Below, one piece after another: positions 1 through 11,351 of a stretch of DNA of 64,000 nt. Under the pieces are notes generated by a model that saw only the letters and a list, made by a program, of their open reading frames with translations, did not search any database and was not told where the DNA came from. Every line of letters begins with the position of its first letter. Position 1 is the first letter of the stretch. The stretch is from Anaerovoracaceae bacterium (GTDB taxonomy: Bacteria > Bacillota > Clostridia > Peptostreptococcales > Anaerovoracaceae): NCBI GenBank assembly GCA_034003765.1, contig JAVEXZ010000005.1:32981-96980 (forward strand), read 5' to 3'. Made by a program: the position numbers and the translations under genes.

Positions 1-541
1 AATAATAAGAGCCACTAAATTATTTTATCGCCACGAAAAGGAAATTAATCCAGAAGATCAGGTGGTTTTAGAATTTGGTAGCAACGATTGCGATTTTCGG
101 TGGGCAGAAATAGCGGAACATCCCGACGAAATTCACTTACCCAACGTTCCTTTAGAAATATTCGTTTCCAAGTATAGCGCCTTAATTGATCTATTTAGAG
201 AAAAAGGTCTAAACCCAATTCTTACCAACCTATCACCCATCCACGCTCAAAAGTTTTTCAACTGGGTATCTCGTGGCCTAGATAAGGATGCCATTCTTCA
301 TTGGCTAAAAGATATAGAACATATCTACCGTTGGCAAGAAAGATACAGCATTGCGGTACATGAAATTGCCATTGCAAAAAAAGTACCCCTAATCAATATT
401 CGCAAAAAGTTTTTAGAACCCCATAATCTTACAGATTATCTTTGCGAAGATGGAATGCACCCCAACGAAAAAGGACACCAGCTAATTGCTGAAGCCCTTT
501 GTAATAGTTACCATAATCAAGAGATTTTGTTGGGAAGGTAA
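1..541 (+). CDS. SGNH/GDSL-family hydrolase, 5'-truncated by window edge
   Basis: The frame of track ORF 62..541 stays open back to nt 2. It carries EFGSNDC (GxND block) and DGMHPNEKGH (DxxH block). Confidence 0.6.
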   Translation, partial: IIRATKLFYRHEKEINPEDQVVLEFGSNDCDFRWAEIAEHPDEIHLPNVPLEIFVSKYSALIDLFREKGLNPILTNLSPIHAQKFFNWVSRGLDKDAILHWLKDIEHIYRWQERYSIAVHEIAIAKKVPLINIRKKFLEPHNLTDYLCEDGMHPNEKGHQLIAEALCNSYHNQEILLGR

Positions 542-549
542 GCCTTATC

Positions 550-1536
550 TTATCTTGACCCAAGACCCAAGTTGTCTCTTACTCTCTTCATTGTTTTTTC
601 TGATATTTCATTTGCTCGAGAGGCACCCTCACTCAAAACATCTTTTAGGTCTTGAGAGGGCCTTATCTCCATAAATCGTTCTCTTATGGGCCTTAGGGAA
701 TCCACTGTGATTTCTACTAAGTCCTTTTTAAATGCTCCATATCCCTGCCCTTGGTAACTCTTTTCCAACTCTCTAATGGATTTACCTGAAAAGGCACTGT
801 AAATAGTTAGGAGGTTGCTTATCCCTGCCTTGCCCTTTATATCGTATTGGACTATGCCGTCAGAATCTGTGGTGGCCTTCATTATTGCTTTTTTTATTAC
901 CCCTTCTTCATCAAGCAAAGAAATTCGGCTTAATGGGTTTTCAGCAGATTTGCTCATCTTAGCGGTGGGATCATCTAAAGACATTACCCTAGCGCCTTCT
1001 TTTAGAAACCTTCCCTCAGGAACCACAAAAGTATCTGGAAACTTATTGTTAACCCTCAGGGCTATATCCCTTGTAATTTCGATATGCTGTTTTTGATCAT
1101 TTCCAACAGGAACCATAGCTGTATCATATAGTAAAATATCTGCAGCCATTAAAACAGGATATGTAAATAGGCCTGCTGGGGCTGATTCTGTTGTTTTCCC
1201 CTTGTTCTTATCCTTAAACTGAGTCATTCGAGAAAGCTCCCCTGTATAGGTGTTACACATCAAAATCCAGGTGAGTTCTGTGTGACCAGGAACTTCAGAT
1301 TGAACAAATACTATGTTCTTTTTAGGGTCTATTCCCACAGCCAAATAAAGGGCTGCCACATCTAATATGTGTTCTTTCAGCTCTTTGGGGTCATGGGGCA
1401 ATGTAATGGCATGAAGGTCTACAACACAGTAGACGCAGTCATTGCCCTCTTGAAGCTCAACAAATTGTTTTAAAGCTCCCAAATAATTACCAATATGGAT
1501 ATTACCAGTTGGTTGCACTCCAGAAAAAACCCTCAT
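550..1536 (-). CDS. trpS: tryptophan--tRNA ligase
   Basis: 328 aa with an N-terminal QPTGNIHIGNYLGA (HIGH-type) motif, a KMSKS motif, and the length typical of class I TrpRS. Confidence 0.93.
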   Translation of the reverse strand: MRVFSGVQPTGNIHIGNYLGALKQFVELQEGNDCVYCVVDLHAITLPHDPKELKEHILDVAALYLAVGIDPKKNIVFVQSEVPGHTELTWILMCNTYTGELSRMTQFKDKNKGKTTESAPAGLFTYPVLMAADILLYDTAMVPVGNDQKQHIEITRDIALRVNNKFPDTFVVPEGRFLKEGARVMSLDDPTAKMSKSAENPLSRISLLDEEGVIKKAIMKATTDSDGIVQYDIKGKAGISNLLTIYSAFSGKSIRELEKSYQGQGYGAFKKDLVEITVDSLRPIRERFMEIRPSQDLKDVLSEGASRANEISEKTMKRVRDNLGLGSR

Positions 1537-1575
1537 CCTTTGACACTCCTTTTATTGTTAATCCTTGACACTTAA

Positions 1576-2316
1576 TTAGTCCCTTTGTATCTCATGTAAA
1601 AATTTATCTTTTATATTCTTTTCAACCCGAGAAACTGTCATTTGTGAAATCCCTAGGGAGTTGCCTACTTCTGCTTGGGTCTTGTTGTCAATAAATCTCA
1701 TCCTGAATATCTTTTTATCCTGTTCCTTCAAGGAGCTTATTACATCTCTAACTATTTCTGCATAAACTATGTTACCGTAGCCCTGCTCATCTCTTCCCAT
1801 GTATCTCTCAAGTATGGAACCTTCTCCATCCTCCCCAGAATCTCCAAAGGTTTGATCAAGGGACATAGGAGCATAAGCTTGACTGCTTTCCATAGCTTCT
1901 AATACTTCCTTCTCGCTAACACCAAGGGCATCAGCCACTTCTAAGTTGCTGGGGGTTCTTCCAAGTTCTTGGGATAGGTCATCACGAATAGTAGGAATCT
2001 GACCTGCCAAGCCCTTTAGCCTACGAGGCACTTTAATTGCCCACTCTTTGTCCCGGAAATGTTTTTTAATTTCCCCAAGGATGGTGGGCGTAGCAAAACT
2101 AGAAAAGGCAAAACCCTTTTCGGGATCAAACCTCTCTACCGCAGCAATTAGTGCCATAGCACCAACCTGATAGAGGTCATCATACCCCACGCCTTTTCCC
2201 AAATATTTTTTTATTAAAACATCAACCATGTACAAATAGTCCTCTACCAATTGGTTTCGGATGGTGATGTCTCCTGAAGCCTTGTACTTTGAGAATAGTT
2301 CGTTTTTTTCCATCAA
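1576..2316 (-). CDS. RNA polymerase sigma factor, SigB/SigF/SigG subfamily
   Basis: 246 aa. Region 2 reads FSSFATPTILGEIKKHFRDKEWAIKVPRRLK. The region 4 HTH reads TQAEVGNSLGISQMTVSRVEK. Confidence 0.85.
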   Translation of the reverse strand: MMEKNELFSKYKASGDITIRNQLVEDYLYMVDVLIKKYLGKGVGYDDLYQVGAMALIAAVERFDPEKGFAFSSFATPTILGEIKKHFRDKEWAIKVPRRLKGLAGQIPTIRDDLSQELGRTPSNLEVADALGVSEKEVLEAMESSQAYAPMSLDQTFGDSGEDGEGSILERYMGRDEQGYGNIVYAEIVRDVISSLKEQDKKIFRMRFIDNKTQAEVGNSLGISQMTVSRVEKNIKDKFLHEIQRD

Positions 2317-2356
2317 CGTTTCCTATTTTTGTACTTTCTTCCGAAGAAATAATTAA

Positions 2357-2779
2357 TTAATCCCTGTCTTCTTTGACTTTCATCTTTTCCATAAATAAAC
2401 TCTTAACTCCGTCGGCATCTTTTTCTAGGTCCGTTTTGTCCATTAGTGAACTTATAATGAACATAGATAGTTCTCCATCCCCTGGGCAATGTCCGCATAG
2501 CTCACATTCATTTTTATCTACTGTAAATTCAGCATTGCTATTAGATATTTTAATTTGAAGCATATCATCCACAAGGCCGCAAATAACAAGAAAACGACAG
2601 GCCCTCATCTCATATCCATGACAACATACGACCTTGATCCCCTCTAAAATTGAGATGTTGATATCCTCCACCGACTCCTGAGAAAATCCAGCGGATTTGG
2701 CATATTTCGATATAGCGACACGTACTGTGGATATGTTGTCTATATTTCCTGGCAAAGAAAATCTCAAGGTATTAGGCAT
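2357..2779 (-). CDS. anti-sigma factor-like protein (SpoIIAB/RsbW fold) with degenerate ATP-binding boxes, Cys-rich
   Basis: It aligns by eye with RsbW/SpoIIAB (LRFSLPGNIDNISTVRVAISKYAKSAGFSQESVEDINISILEG...HGY). The start was moved to ATG 2779, which has AAAGGAG 6 nt upstream; the track start is a TTG that overlaps this RBS. The gene lies directly upstream of the sigma gene. Confidence 0.5.
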   Translation of the reverse strand: MPNTLRFSLPGNIDNISTVRVAISKYAKSAGFSQESVEDINISILEGIKVVCCHGYEMRACRFLVICGLVDDMLQIKISNSNAEFTVDKNECELCGHCPGDGELSMFIISSLMDKTDLEKDADGVKSLFMEKMKVKEDRD

Positions 2780-2814
2780 TTTGAACTCCTTTTGTTGTTC
2801 CAAATCGATTCTAA

Positions 2815-5349
2815 CTACTCTGTATCCATAGACACTTGCTTATCGTTTTCGTTATCCTTCTCTTTGGCTTCTTTCTCTTTTTCTTTTTTCTTGTCGGCTA
2901 AGGCTAATAGCTCTTCAGGATCCTCAGGAAGTACTTTGGCAAGGCCTATTATATTAGCATCGCCCTTAACCTTCATGATTTTGACTCCCTGAGTGGCTCT
3001 TCCTAACTTAGATACGTTAGAAGCTTTAATCCTAATAATAATACCATCGCTGTTAATAAGCAAGACTTCATCGTCTTCCTCAACCACCATAGCACCAACT
3101 AGCTCACCAGTTTTTCCAAACTTACTCTTATCGTAGGTAAGTAATCCTTTTCCTCCACGACTTTGAATCTTGTATTCTTCCGAACTGGTCCTTTTACCAT
3201 AGCCATTTTTGGTCACTACTAGGAGTTCTTCTCCTTTTTGTACTAATTCCATGCTAACAACTTCGTCGCCTTTTTCCAAATTGATAGCCCTAACGCCACC
3301 AGCATTTCTTCCCATAGGTCTTACGTCTTTTTCTGAGAAGCTAATACATTTTCCAAACTTGGTAACTATTATTACCGTGTCATGTCCTGATGTTTCGTTG
3401 ATAGCAATCATCTCGTCCTTATCCTTTAAGGTAATAGCAATAAGTCCAGCCTTACGATTGGTGTCAAACTGAGCCATGGACGTTTTCTTAATAGTTCCCT
3501 GTTTGGTTACAGCCATTAGGTAGCGATCTTCAGAAAATTCTCTGACTGGAATAACGGCAGTTATTCTCTCCCTTGGAAGGAGGCTTAAGAAGTTAACCGC
3601 AGGCGTTCCTCTTGCTGTCCTTGTTGCTTCGGGAACCTCATAGGCTTTTATTCTATGGACCTTTCCAGTGTTGGTGAAGAACATCAGATAATCGTGGGTA
3701 GAGGTCATAACAAGGCTCTTTACAAAATCATTATCTCTTGTAGCAACCCCTACGATCCCTTTTCCTCCACGCTTTTGCGTTTTGTAGGTGTCTACCGATA
3801 CCCTCTTAATATACCCTAAATAGGTGAGGGTAATCGCAACGTTTTCTTCTTCGATAAAGTCCTCTTCCTCCATTTCACCTTGGTCTACTATGATTTTAGT
3901 ACGGCGGGGATCAGCATATTTTTTCTTGATTTCCAATAGTTCTTCTTTGATAACTCCCATTAGTAAATCCTCATTTGCCAGGAGTTTATTGAAGTAGCTT
4001 ATCATTTTTTGAAGCTCTTCATATTCATTCTCTATCTTTTCCCTCTCCAGGCCTTGCAGTCTAGCAAGTCGCATATCCAAGATTGCCTGAGCTTGGATAT
4101 CAGAAAGCCCAAAGCCACTCATTAATTTTTCTTTGGCATCGTTATAGCTGGCTCTAATAGTTTTTATGACTTCATCTATATTGTCTAAGGCGATACGCAA
4201 ACCCTCTAGGATATGGGCTCTTGCTTCAGCCTTGGCAAGGTCAAATTGAGTTCTTCTTGTTACAACTATCTTTTGATGCTTTAGGTATTCTCTTAGTATT
4301 TCTTCTAGTGTTAGAACTCTAGGTCTACCATCAACTAAGGCTAGCATAATCATGCTAAAGGTTTCTTGAAGCTGAGTATGCTTATATAATCTATTAAGAA
4401 TAACCTGAGGGTTTGCATCTCTTTTTAGTTCGATTACAATTCTCATTCCATGGCGGTTACTCTCGTCACGAATCGTAGAAATTCCTTCAACTCTTTTATC
4501 CTTTACCAAATCAGCGATTTTTTCTTGAAGGGTCGCCTTATTTACCTGATAAGGAATCTCCGTGATTACAATCTGCTGTCTTCCCTTGTTTGTTTCCTCG
4601 ATTTCAGAAACTGCTCGAACCCTTACCCTTCCACGGCCTGTCCTATATGCTTCCTTTGCTGCAGTCTTTCCTAAAATAGTGGCTCCTGTTGGGAAGTCAG
4701 GACCCTTAACAAGGTCTATCAAATCTTCCACTGTAGAGTCAGGTTCGTCTATTAGTTTAACGGTAGCATTAATAATCTCTCCAAGATTATGGGGAGGAAT
4801 AGATGTTGCCATTCCCACAGCTATACCATTAGACCCATTTACCAAAAGGTTTGGAAACCTTGATGGTAGTACCGTAGGTTCCGATTCTTCTTCGTCAAAG
4901 TTAGGCATAAAATCAACAGTATCTTTGTCGATGTCTCTAAGCATTTGAAGAGCCAAGGGTGTCATTCTGGCTTCCGTGTAACGCATGGCGGCTGCACCGT
5001 CTCCGTCAACTGAACCAAAGTTACCGTGGCCATCTACCAGCATGTAACGTATGGAGAAGTCTTGGGCCATTCTTACCATGGCGTCGTAAATAGAGCTATC
5101 ACCGTGGGGGTGATACTTACCCATTACTTCACCCACTATACGAGCTGATTTCTTGTGAGGTTTGTCTGGGGTTACCCCCAAGCCACTCATTCCATATAGG
5201 ATTCTTCTATGCACAGGTTTTAATCCGTCCCGTACATCAGGTAGAGCCCTGCCAACAATTACGCTCATGGCATAATTGATGTAAGACTCCTTCATCTCGT
5301 CATGAATTTCGCTTTGGATTAGCTTTGTATCTTCTAAAAGATTGGGCAT
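2815..5349 (-). CDS. gyrA: DNA gyrase subunit A
   Basis: 844 aa with [23 protein letters not shown], the active-site region AAMRYTE, and a C-terminal beta-pinwheel repeat region with an acidic/lysine tail. Confidence 0.97.
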   Translation of the reverse strand: MPNLLEDTKLIQSEIHDEMKESYINYAMSVIVGRALPDVRDGLKPVHRRILYGMSGLGVTPDKPHKKSARIVGEVMGKYHPHGDSSIYDAMVRMAQDFSIRYMLVDGHGNFGSVDGDGAAAMRYTEARMTPLALQMLRDIDKDTVDFMPNFDEEESEPTVLPSRFPNLLVNGSNGIAVGMATSIPPHNLGEIINATVKLIDEPDSTVEDLIDLVKGPDFPTGATILGKTAAKEAYRTGRGRVRVRAVSEIEETNKGRQQIVITEIPYQVNKATLQEKIADLVKDKRVEGISTIRDESNRHGMRIVIELKRDANPQVILNRLYKHTQLQETFSMIMLALVDGRPRVLTLEEILREYLKHQKIVVTRRTQFDLAKAEARAHILEGLRIALDNIDEVIKTIRASYNDAKEKLMSGFGLSDIQAQAILDMRLARLQGLEREKIENEYEELQKMISYFNKLLANEDLLMGVIKEELLEIKKKYADPRRTKIIVDQGEMEEEDFIEEENVAITLTYLGYIKRVSVDTYKTQKRGGKGIVGVATRDNDFVKSLVMTSTHDYLMFFTNTGKVHRIKAYEVPEATRTARGTPAVNFLSLLPRERITAVIPVREFSEDRYLMAVTKQGTIKKTSMAQFDTNRKAGLIAITLKDKDEMIAINETSGHDTVIIVTKFGKCISFSEKDVRPMGRNAGGVRAINLEKGDEVVSMELVQKGEELLVVTKNGYGKRTSSEEYKIQSRGGKGLLTYDKSKFGKTGELVGAMVVEEDDEVLLINSDGIIIRIKASNVSKLGRATQGVKIMKVKGDANIIGLAKVLPEDPEELLALADKKKEKEKEAKEKDNENDKQVSMDTE

Positions 5350-5364
5350 GTGGGTTCTCCTTAA

Positions 5365-7326
<1,962 letters not shown>

Positions 7327-7467
7327 CTAGATATTGTACCGTAAAATCGGCCTAATTACAACCGAATTAGGGGTAAATGCTTCGGGATATAGGAAATTCT
7401 TTTTCCATGCTTAAAATCGCTTATTTAGCTTATTAAAGCAACATCAAACCTTATGGATATATACCCA

Positions 7468-7494
7468 CCAAAAAAGGCGGGTATTCCCGCCTTT
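7468..7494 (-). terminator. rho-independent terminator after the lipoprotein gene
   Basis: On the minus strand, AGGCGGG-AATA-CCCGCCT is followed by TTTTTT. Confidence 0.7.
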
Positions 7495-7523
7495 CTCAAT
7501 TTCATCTTATACCACTATATGTC

Positions 7524-8159
7524 CTAGAATGTGAACTCTTGATAATCTGAAGGAATTACAAAAACACTATCGTCAACATCACTGCTGATTTTATGAACAT
7601 ACATAATAGTATCTTCAGATTTTAAAGCCACCCAATTGTCGGTTCCAGGTTCAAAATAGAAGGTAGTTATATTCTCTACTCCATCTTCATCTACCTCCAC
7701 CAGACGTTCAAAGTCATATAGGGTTCCTTTAAGCTCTTCTTGACCAGTTGTCACCTCATAGTCAGGCATCTCTTCATCATTTAATAGAAAATCCATATCG
7801 TCTGGATCTACTGGTTCCATAGATTTTATGTAGCTCTTAGTATCATGCATCAGGATAAAGTCTCCAGATTCATTTGTTATTACTGACATTGCACCATATT
7901 CAGGGTCACTAGAATCCATCCTAGTATAGTCTCCCTTAATATAAAGGTCTACATCCATTAAGTCGTTTTCAAACTCCGTGGTAAAGGACATATATAGCGC
8001 ATTGTCTCCTACGTTAAGCACATCTCTTATTATAGCCATGGCTCTATAATCATCTGAAGGCATATCTTCATCTAGATCTGCAGGTCCTTCACCACCTCCA
8101 CAAGCCACTAGGGCAAATATCAACATCAGGCTAAGGGCTACCAATAGAATTTTTTTCAT
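7524..8159 (-). CDS. lipoprotein, unknown function
   Basis: It has a signal peptide with the lipobox LVAC (MKKILLVALSLMLIFALVACGGG). The mature part is acidic. Its ATG lies 1 nt after the recF stop. Confidence 0.6.
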   Translation of the reverse strand: MKKILLVALSLMLIFALVACGGGEGPADLDEDMPSDDYRAMAIIRDVLNVGDNALYMSFTTEFENDLMDVDLYIKGDYTRMDSSDPEYGAMSVITNESGDFILMHDTKSYIKSMEPVDPDDMDFLLNDEEMPDYEVTTGQEELKGTLYDFERLVEVDEDGVENITTFYFEPGTDNWVALKSEDTIMYVHKISSDVDDSVFVIPSDYQEFTF

Positions 8160-8160
8160 A

Positions 8161-9237
8161 TCAATCCTCCAATTCTTTTATAACTTTACCTTCGTTAACT
8201 TTATATAGATTACCCCGGGGAAGGGATTCTCTAACATCTTCTGACAGCTCTGTTGCTGTTATAAAAAGCTGTACAGAGCCAAGAGATTGAATTAGGAATT
8301 CTTGTCTTTGGGCATCTAGTTCTGATAGAACATCATCCAACAAAAGAATTCCCTCTTCTCCTGTTTCCTCTTTTATAAGTTGTAGCTCTGAAAGCTTTAA
8401 TGATAGGGCTGCAGTTCTTTGCTGTCCTTGGGATCCATAGGGCCTAATATCTATCTTGTTAACCATTATTTTTAAGTCGTCTCTATGGGGACCTGAGCAT
8501 GTTGTCCCCCTCATCCTGTCCCTTCTATGACTACGGCTAAATGTCTCTAGCAGGTCTTCGCAGCAGTCTCTTTCGTAAATCACTTCCAAGCTTTCTTTTC
8601 CTTGGGTAATATCATTATGAAGTTGTCTGCTTATGGTGTCAAGTTTTGAAACAAATTTCTCTCTTTCTTCCATAATTTTATGACCATAACAGGCTAGGCT
8701 TTCATCCCAGATATTTAAGTTATCTTCATCTAAATTACAATCTTTTAAGAGGGCGTTTCTTTGAATAAGAGCCTTTTTGTAGCTAGATAAATTTTGGTAG
8801 TATGATGGCCTCAGCTGACTTATCTCCCTATCTATAAAGCGCCTTCTTTTTTCGGGCTCATCCTTTACTATCTTAAGGTCTTCAGGGGAAAAAATTACAG
8901 TGTAAATATGTTCTAACAGTTCCGAGGTCTTGGTTGCTTTTAGCCCATTAATTTTAATGCCTTTTTTGTCTTGGGCAACAGCCATATCTATTGATAGGGC
9001 TTCACCATCTTTGATAGCATCAACCTCAACTCGGAAAAATGGCATGTCAAAGCTGATCATTTCCCAGTCCCTTCCTGTTCTAAAGGACTTCCCTAAGGAT
9101 GTAATATAAAGGGCCTCCAAAAGATTGGTCTTCCCTTGAGCGTTATTACCTAAGAAGATGTTAACTTTGGGATGAAATGATATATCCAGGTCTTTGTAGT
9201 TACGAAAATCTTTGAGCCGTAGTCGGTTGATTTGCAT
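8161..9237 (-). CDS. recF: DNA replication and repair protein RecF
   Basis: 358 aa with the N-terminal MQINRLRLKDFRNY, Walker A GNNAQGKTNLLEA, an ABC-signature-like SQGQQRT, and Walker B LLLDDVLSELD. Confidence 0.93.
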   Translation of the reverse strand: MQINRLRLKDFRNYKDLDISFHPKVNIFLGNNAQGKTNLLEALYITSLGKSFRTGRDWEMISFDMPFFRVEVDAIKDGEALSIDMAVAQDKKGIKINGLKATKTSELLEHIYTVIFSPEDLKIVKDEPEKRRRFIDREISQLRPSYYQNLSSYKKALIQRNALLKDCNLDEDNLNIWDESLACYGHKIMEEREKFVSKLDTISRQLHNDITQGKESLEVIYERDCCEDLLETFSRSHRRDRMRGTTCSGPHRDDLKIMVNKIDIRPYGSQGQQRTAALSLKLSELQLIKEETGEEGILLLDDVLSELDAQRQEFLIQSLGSVQLFITATELSEDVRESLPRGNLYKVNEGKVIKELED

Positions 9238-9389
9238 TATTTCTCATTTCTTAGTCTTTGGGGTATGGGGGTTTGGTTTGGTAAAAACACCAAAACAATT
9301 TGAGCCCCTGGATAATTCAAGGGCCTCGCTTATTTGTTACCATTATATCATGATTTTGTGGGTTTTTAGACAAGAAACAGATAGGTGAT

Positions 9390-11255
9390 CTAACCATTCT
9401 TAAGGGTCTTTAGATGCTTTGGTAAGGAACCTACCACTATTAACTGCTTCTCCTTGTCATATAAGAAGTATATGCGCAAGAGATTTTCAGTGCCTGTTCC
9501 CGATTTTAGGTGAAGGTCTAAAACCGACTCGTGTTTTTTACCTCTCTCATCACGGTAATACTTTATCTTGTATTCCAATGGGTAGGCATTTGGAGCCATA
9601 CCTGTAATAGGAGTTACTGTAAAGGGCCGATCATAACGTTTAGAGCAGATTGAATTTCTTTCTTCTTCGGTGATTTTTCCAAGCAATTCATCTCTATATT
9701 CCTTGGACAGATATTCTAAAGCATCACATAATAGGGTCATGTCCACTTCAGATGTGGGAGTGCTTGTAATAAGTTCCACTGCCTTTTCATGAAGTATTAA
9801 TCGGTCAGAAAAACATTCCTCTACCCACTTTGGGATTTCCGTAGTTTTGTTTGGCCTATTTAGTTTTTCAATTTGTTCTTTGAGTTTGGCATTCTCTTCA
9901 CGTAAAGCGGTTACCTCATCATTAAGGATACCTAAATCCTCTACCACTATTGCCTCTTTAGTTGAACGTTCTTCTAATTGGCTTATCCTATTTGATAACT
10001 TTTCCTTGTCTTTTTCTAAAGCGCTTATTATTTGGTCAAACTCACCTCTTGCTTCTGCCAACTTTTGATCCCTAAGTCTTTTATAGTCTTCCATTTCTTT
10101 TAGGTATATTTCTTGTCCTTCTCCATGCTGTTTTGCTGACAGCAACATGTTCTCCATTTCCTTCTGCTTTAATTGGCGTAAAAATTTAACCTCACCAAAT
10201 TTAATGGTCTTTCTTTTCAAGAATTCTTGAACATTGCTTTCTAACAACTTGTATATCATTTCTGGATTTTGGCTTATATCCCCATAACGATATTTCTCTT
10301 TGTAGCCACCAAATAAAGAAGGATAATATACACAAATACCACCTGCTTCAAGGGATACTTCCTCGCTAGACGCAAACTCATCATAAAAAGAGTAGGGCAA
10401 ACTAAATGTGTAGGCATATCCCATCATAGTTTCTGACAGGTCCTCTGCTAATATAGGACACTTTTTTGCCTGACTATAGTCACTTAGTATGTTGAGCTTT
10501 TCTGTAACTGGATATATAGGGCGACTAAGATTTTCAACCCTTTGCGCTAATATAGCAGGATTCTCATGAGATAAAAGAGTTTTTTCTCCTGGTTCTGAAA
10601 TTACCAGAACAGGTAGCTGTCTTTCCTCTGCTTGAATAAGGTTTTTCAGTTTGCCGATGTCCCCAAGGGTTTCTATAATGTAGGGGTTTTCTCTTATTTT
10701 ATACTTGAACTCTTGCTCTAGGCCAATTTTGGGATTTCTTGCCAACCGTTTAACCACCCCAATACGAAATACTTCACAAGGAATCTCTTCATTCTCAAGT
10801 TCAGACACCTGAACATTAATCCCTATCTCTACTGTGTTTGCCTTCATAGCCAAGCCTATATTGGTAAAAAACATCCTTCCTGGTGCTGGTAACCTCACTT
10901 GAGATGTTCTTCCAGGATTTGGTCCTAAATCTGGCTCCACAAGTTGCATGGCCCAGGTCTTCTCCTCTTCTAAAAATATAACCTCTAGGATATATCCGCT
11001 ATCTATATGGAAGGATTTTAGTTCACTTAGGCTAATTTTTTCATAGTCCCCAGGATCTGGTAGTTTGATTTCATGAGGAACATCAAGGGCACGAAAACGC
11101 TCTCTCAACCAACTCATAATTTCCAAAACTATTATCTTAAAAGCATCTTCAGAAGGAGTCTGCTTGTTGCTGGTAAAAGCATGAAGCTGGTAAGTGGGAT
11201 AAACCACATTTTTCATCAGCATGAAAGGTTGACGACTCTTCTTGTTCTCAGGCAT
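9390..11255 (-). CDS. hypothetical 621-aa protein with a central coiled coil
   Basis: Long ORF. The start was set to ATG 11255, which has AAGGAGG 5 nt upstream. I recognise no catalytic motif. Residues about 380-470 are a charged, heptad-rich segment. Confidence 0.55.
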   Translation of the reverse strand: MPENKKSRQPFMLMKNVVYPTYQLHAFTSNKQTPSEDAFKIIVLEIMSWLRERFRALDVPHEIKLPDPGDYEKISLSELKSFHIDSGYILEVIFLEEEKTWAMQLVEPDLGPNPGRTSQVRLPAPGRMFFTNIGLAMKANTVEIGINVQVSELENEEIPCEVFRIGVVKRLARNPKIGLEQEFKYKIRENPYIIETLGDIGKLKNLIQAEERQLPVLVISEPGEKTLLSHENPAILAQRVENLSRPIYPVTEKLNILSDYSQAKKCPILAEDLSETMMGYAYTFSLPYSFYDEFASSEEVSLEAGGICVYYPSLFGGYKEKYRYGDISQNPEMIYKLLESNVQEFLKRKTIKFGEVKFLRQLKQKEMENMLLSAKQHGEGQEIYLKEMEDYKRLRDQKLAEARGEFDQIISALEKDKEKLSNRISQLEERSTKEAIVVEDLGILNDEVTALREENAKLKEQIEKLNRPNKTTEIPKWVEECFSDRLILHEKAVELITSTPTSEVDMTLLCDALEYLSKEYRDELLGKITEEERNSICSKRYDRPFTVTPITGMAPNAYPLEYKIKYYRDERGKKHESVLDLHLKSGTGTENLLRIYFLYDKEKQLIVVGSLPKHLKTLKNG

Positions 11256-11351
11256 GTTGGCCTCCTTGTTCAAGCTTTAGAAAACATAGTAATAACTTTT
11301 GCCGAATTGGAGCTTTTAGCTCTTTGCCCTTCCAATATCTAGGATAAATAA

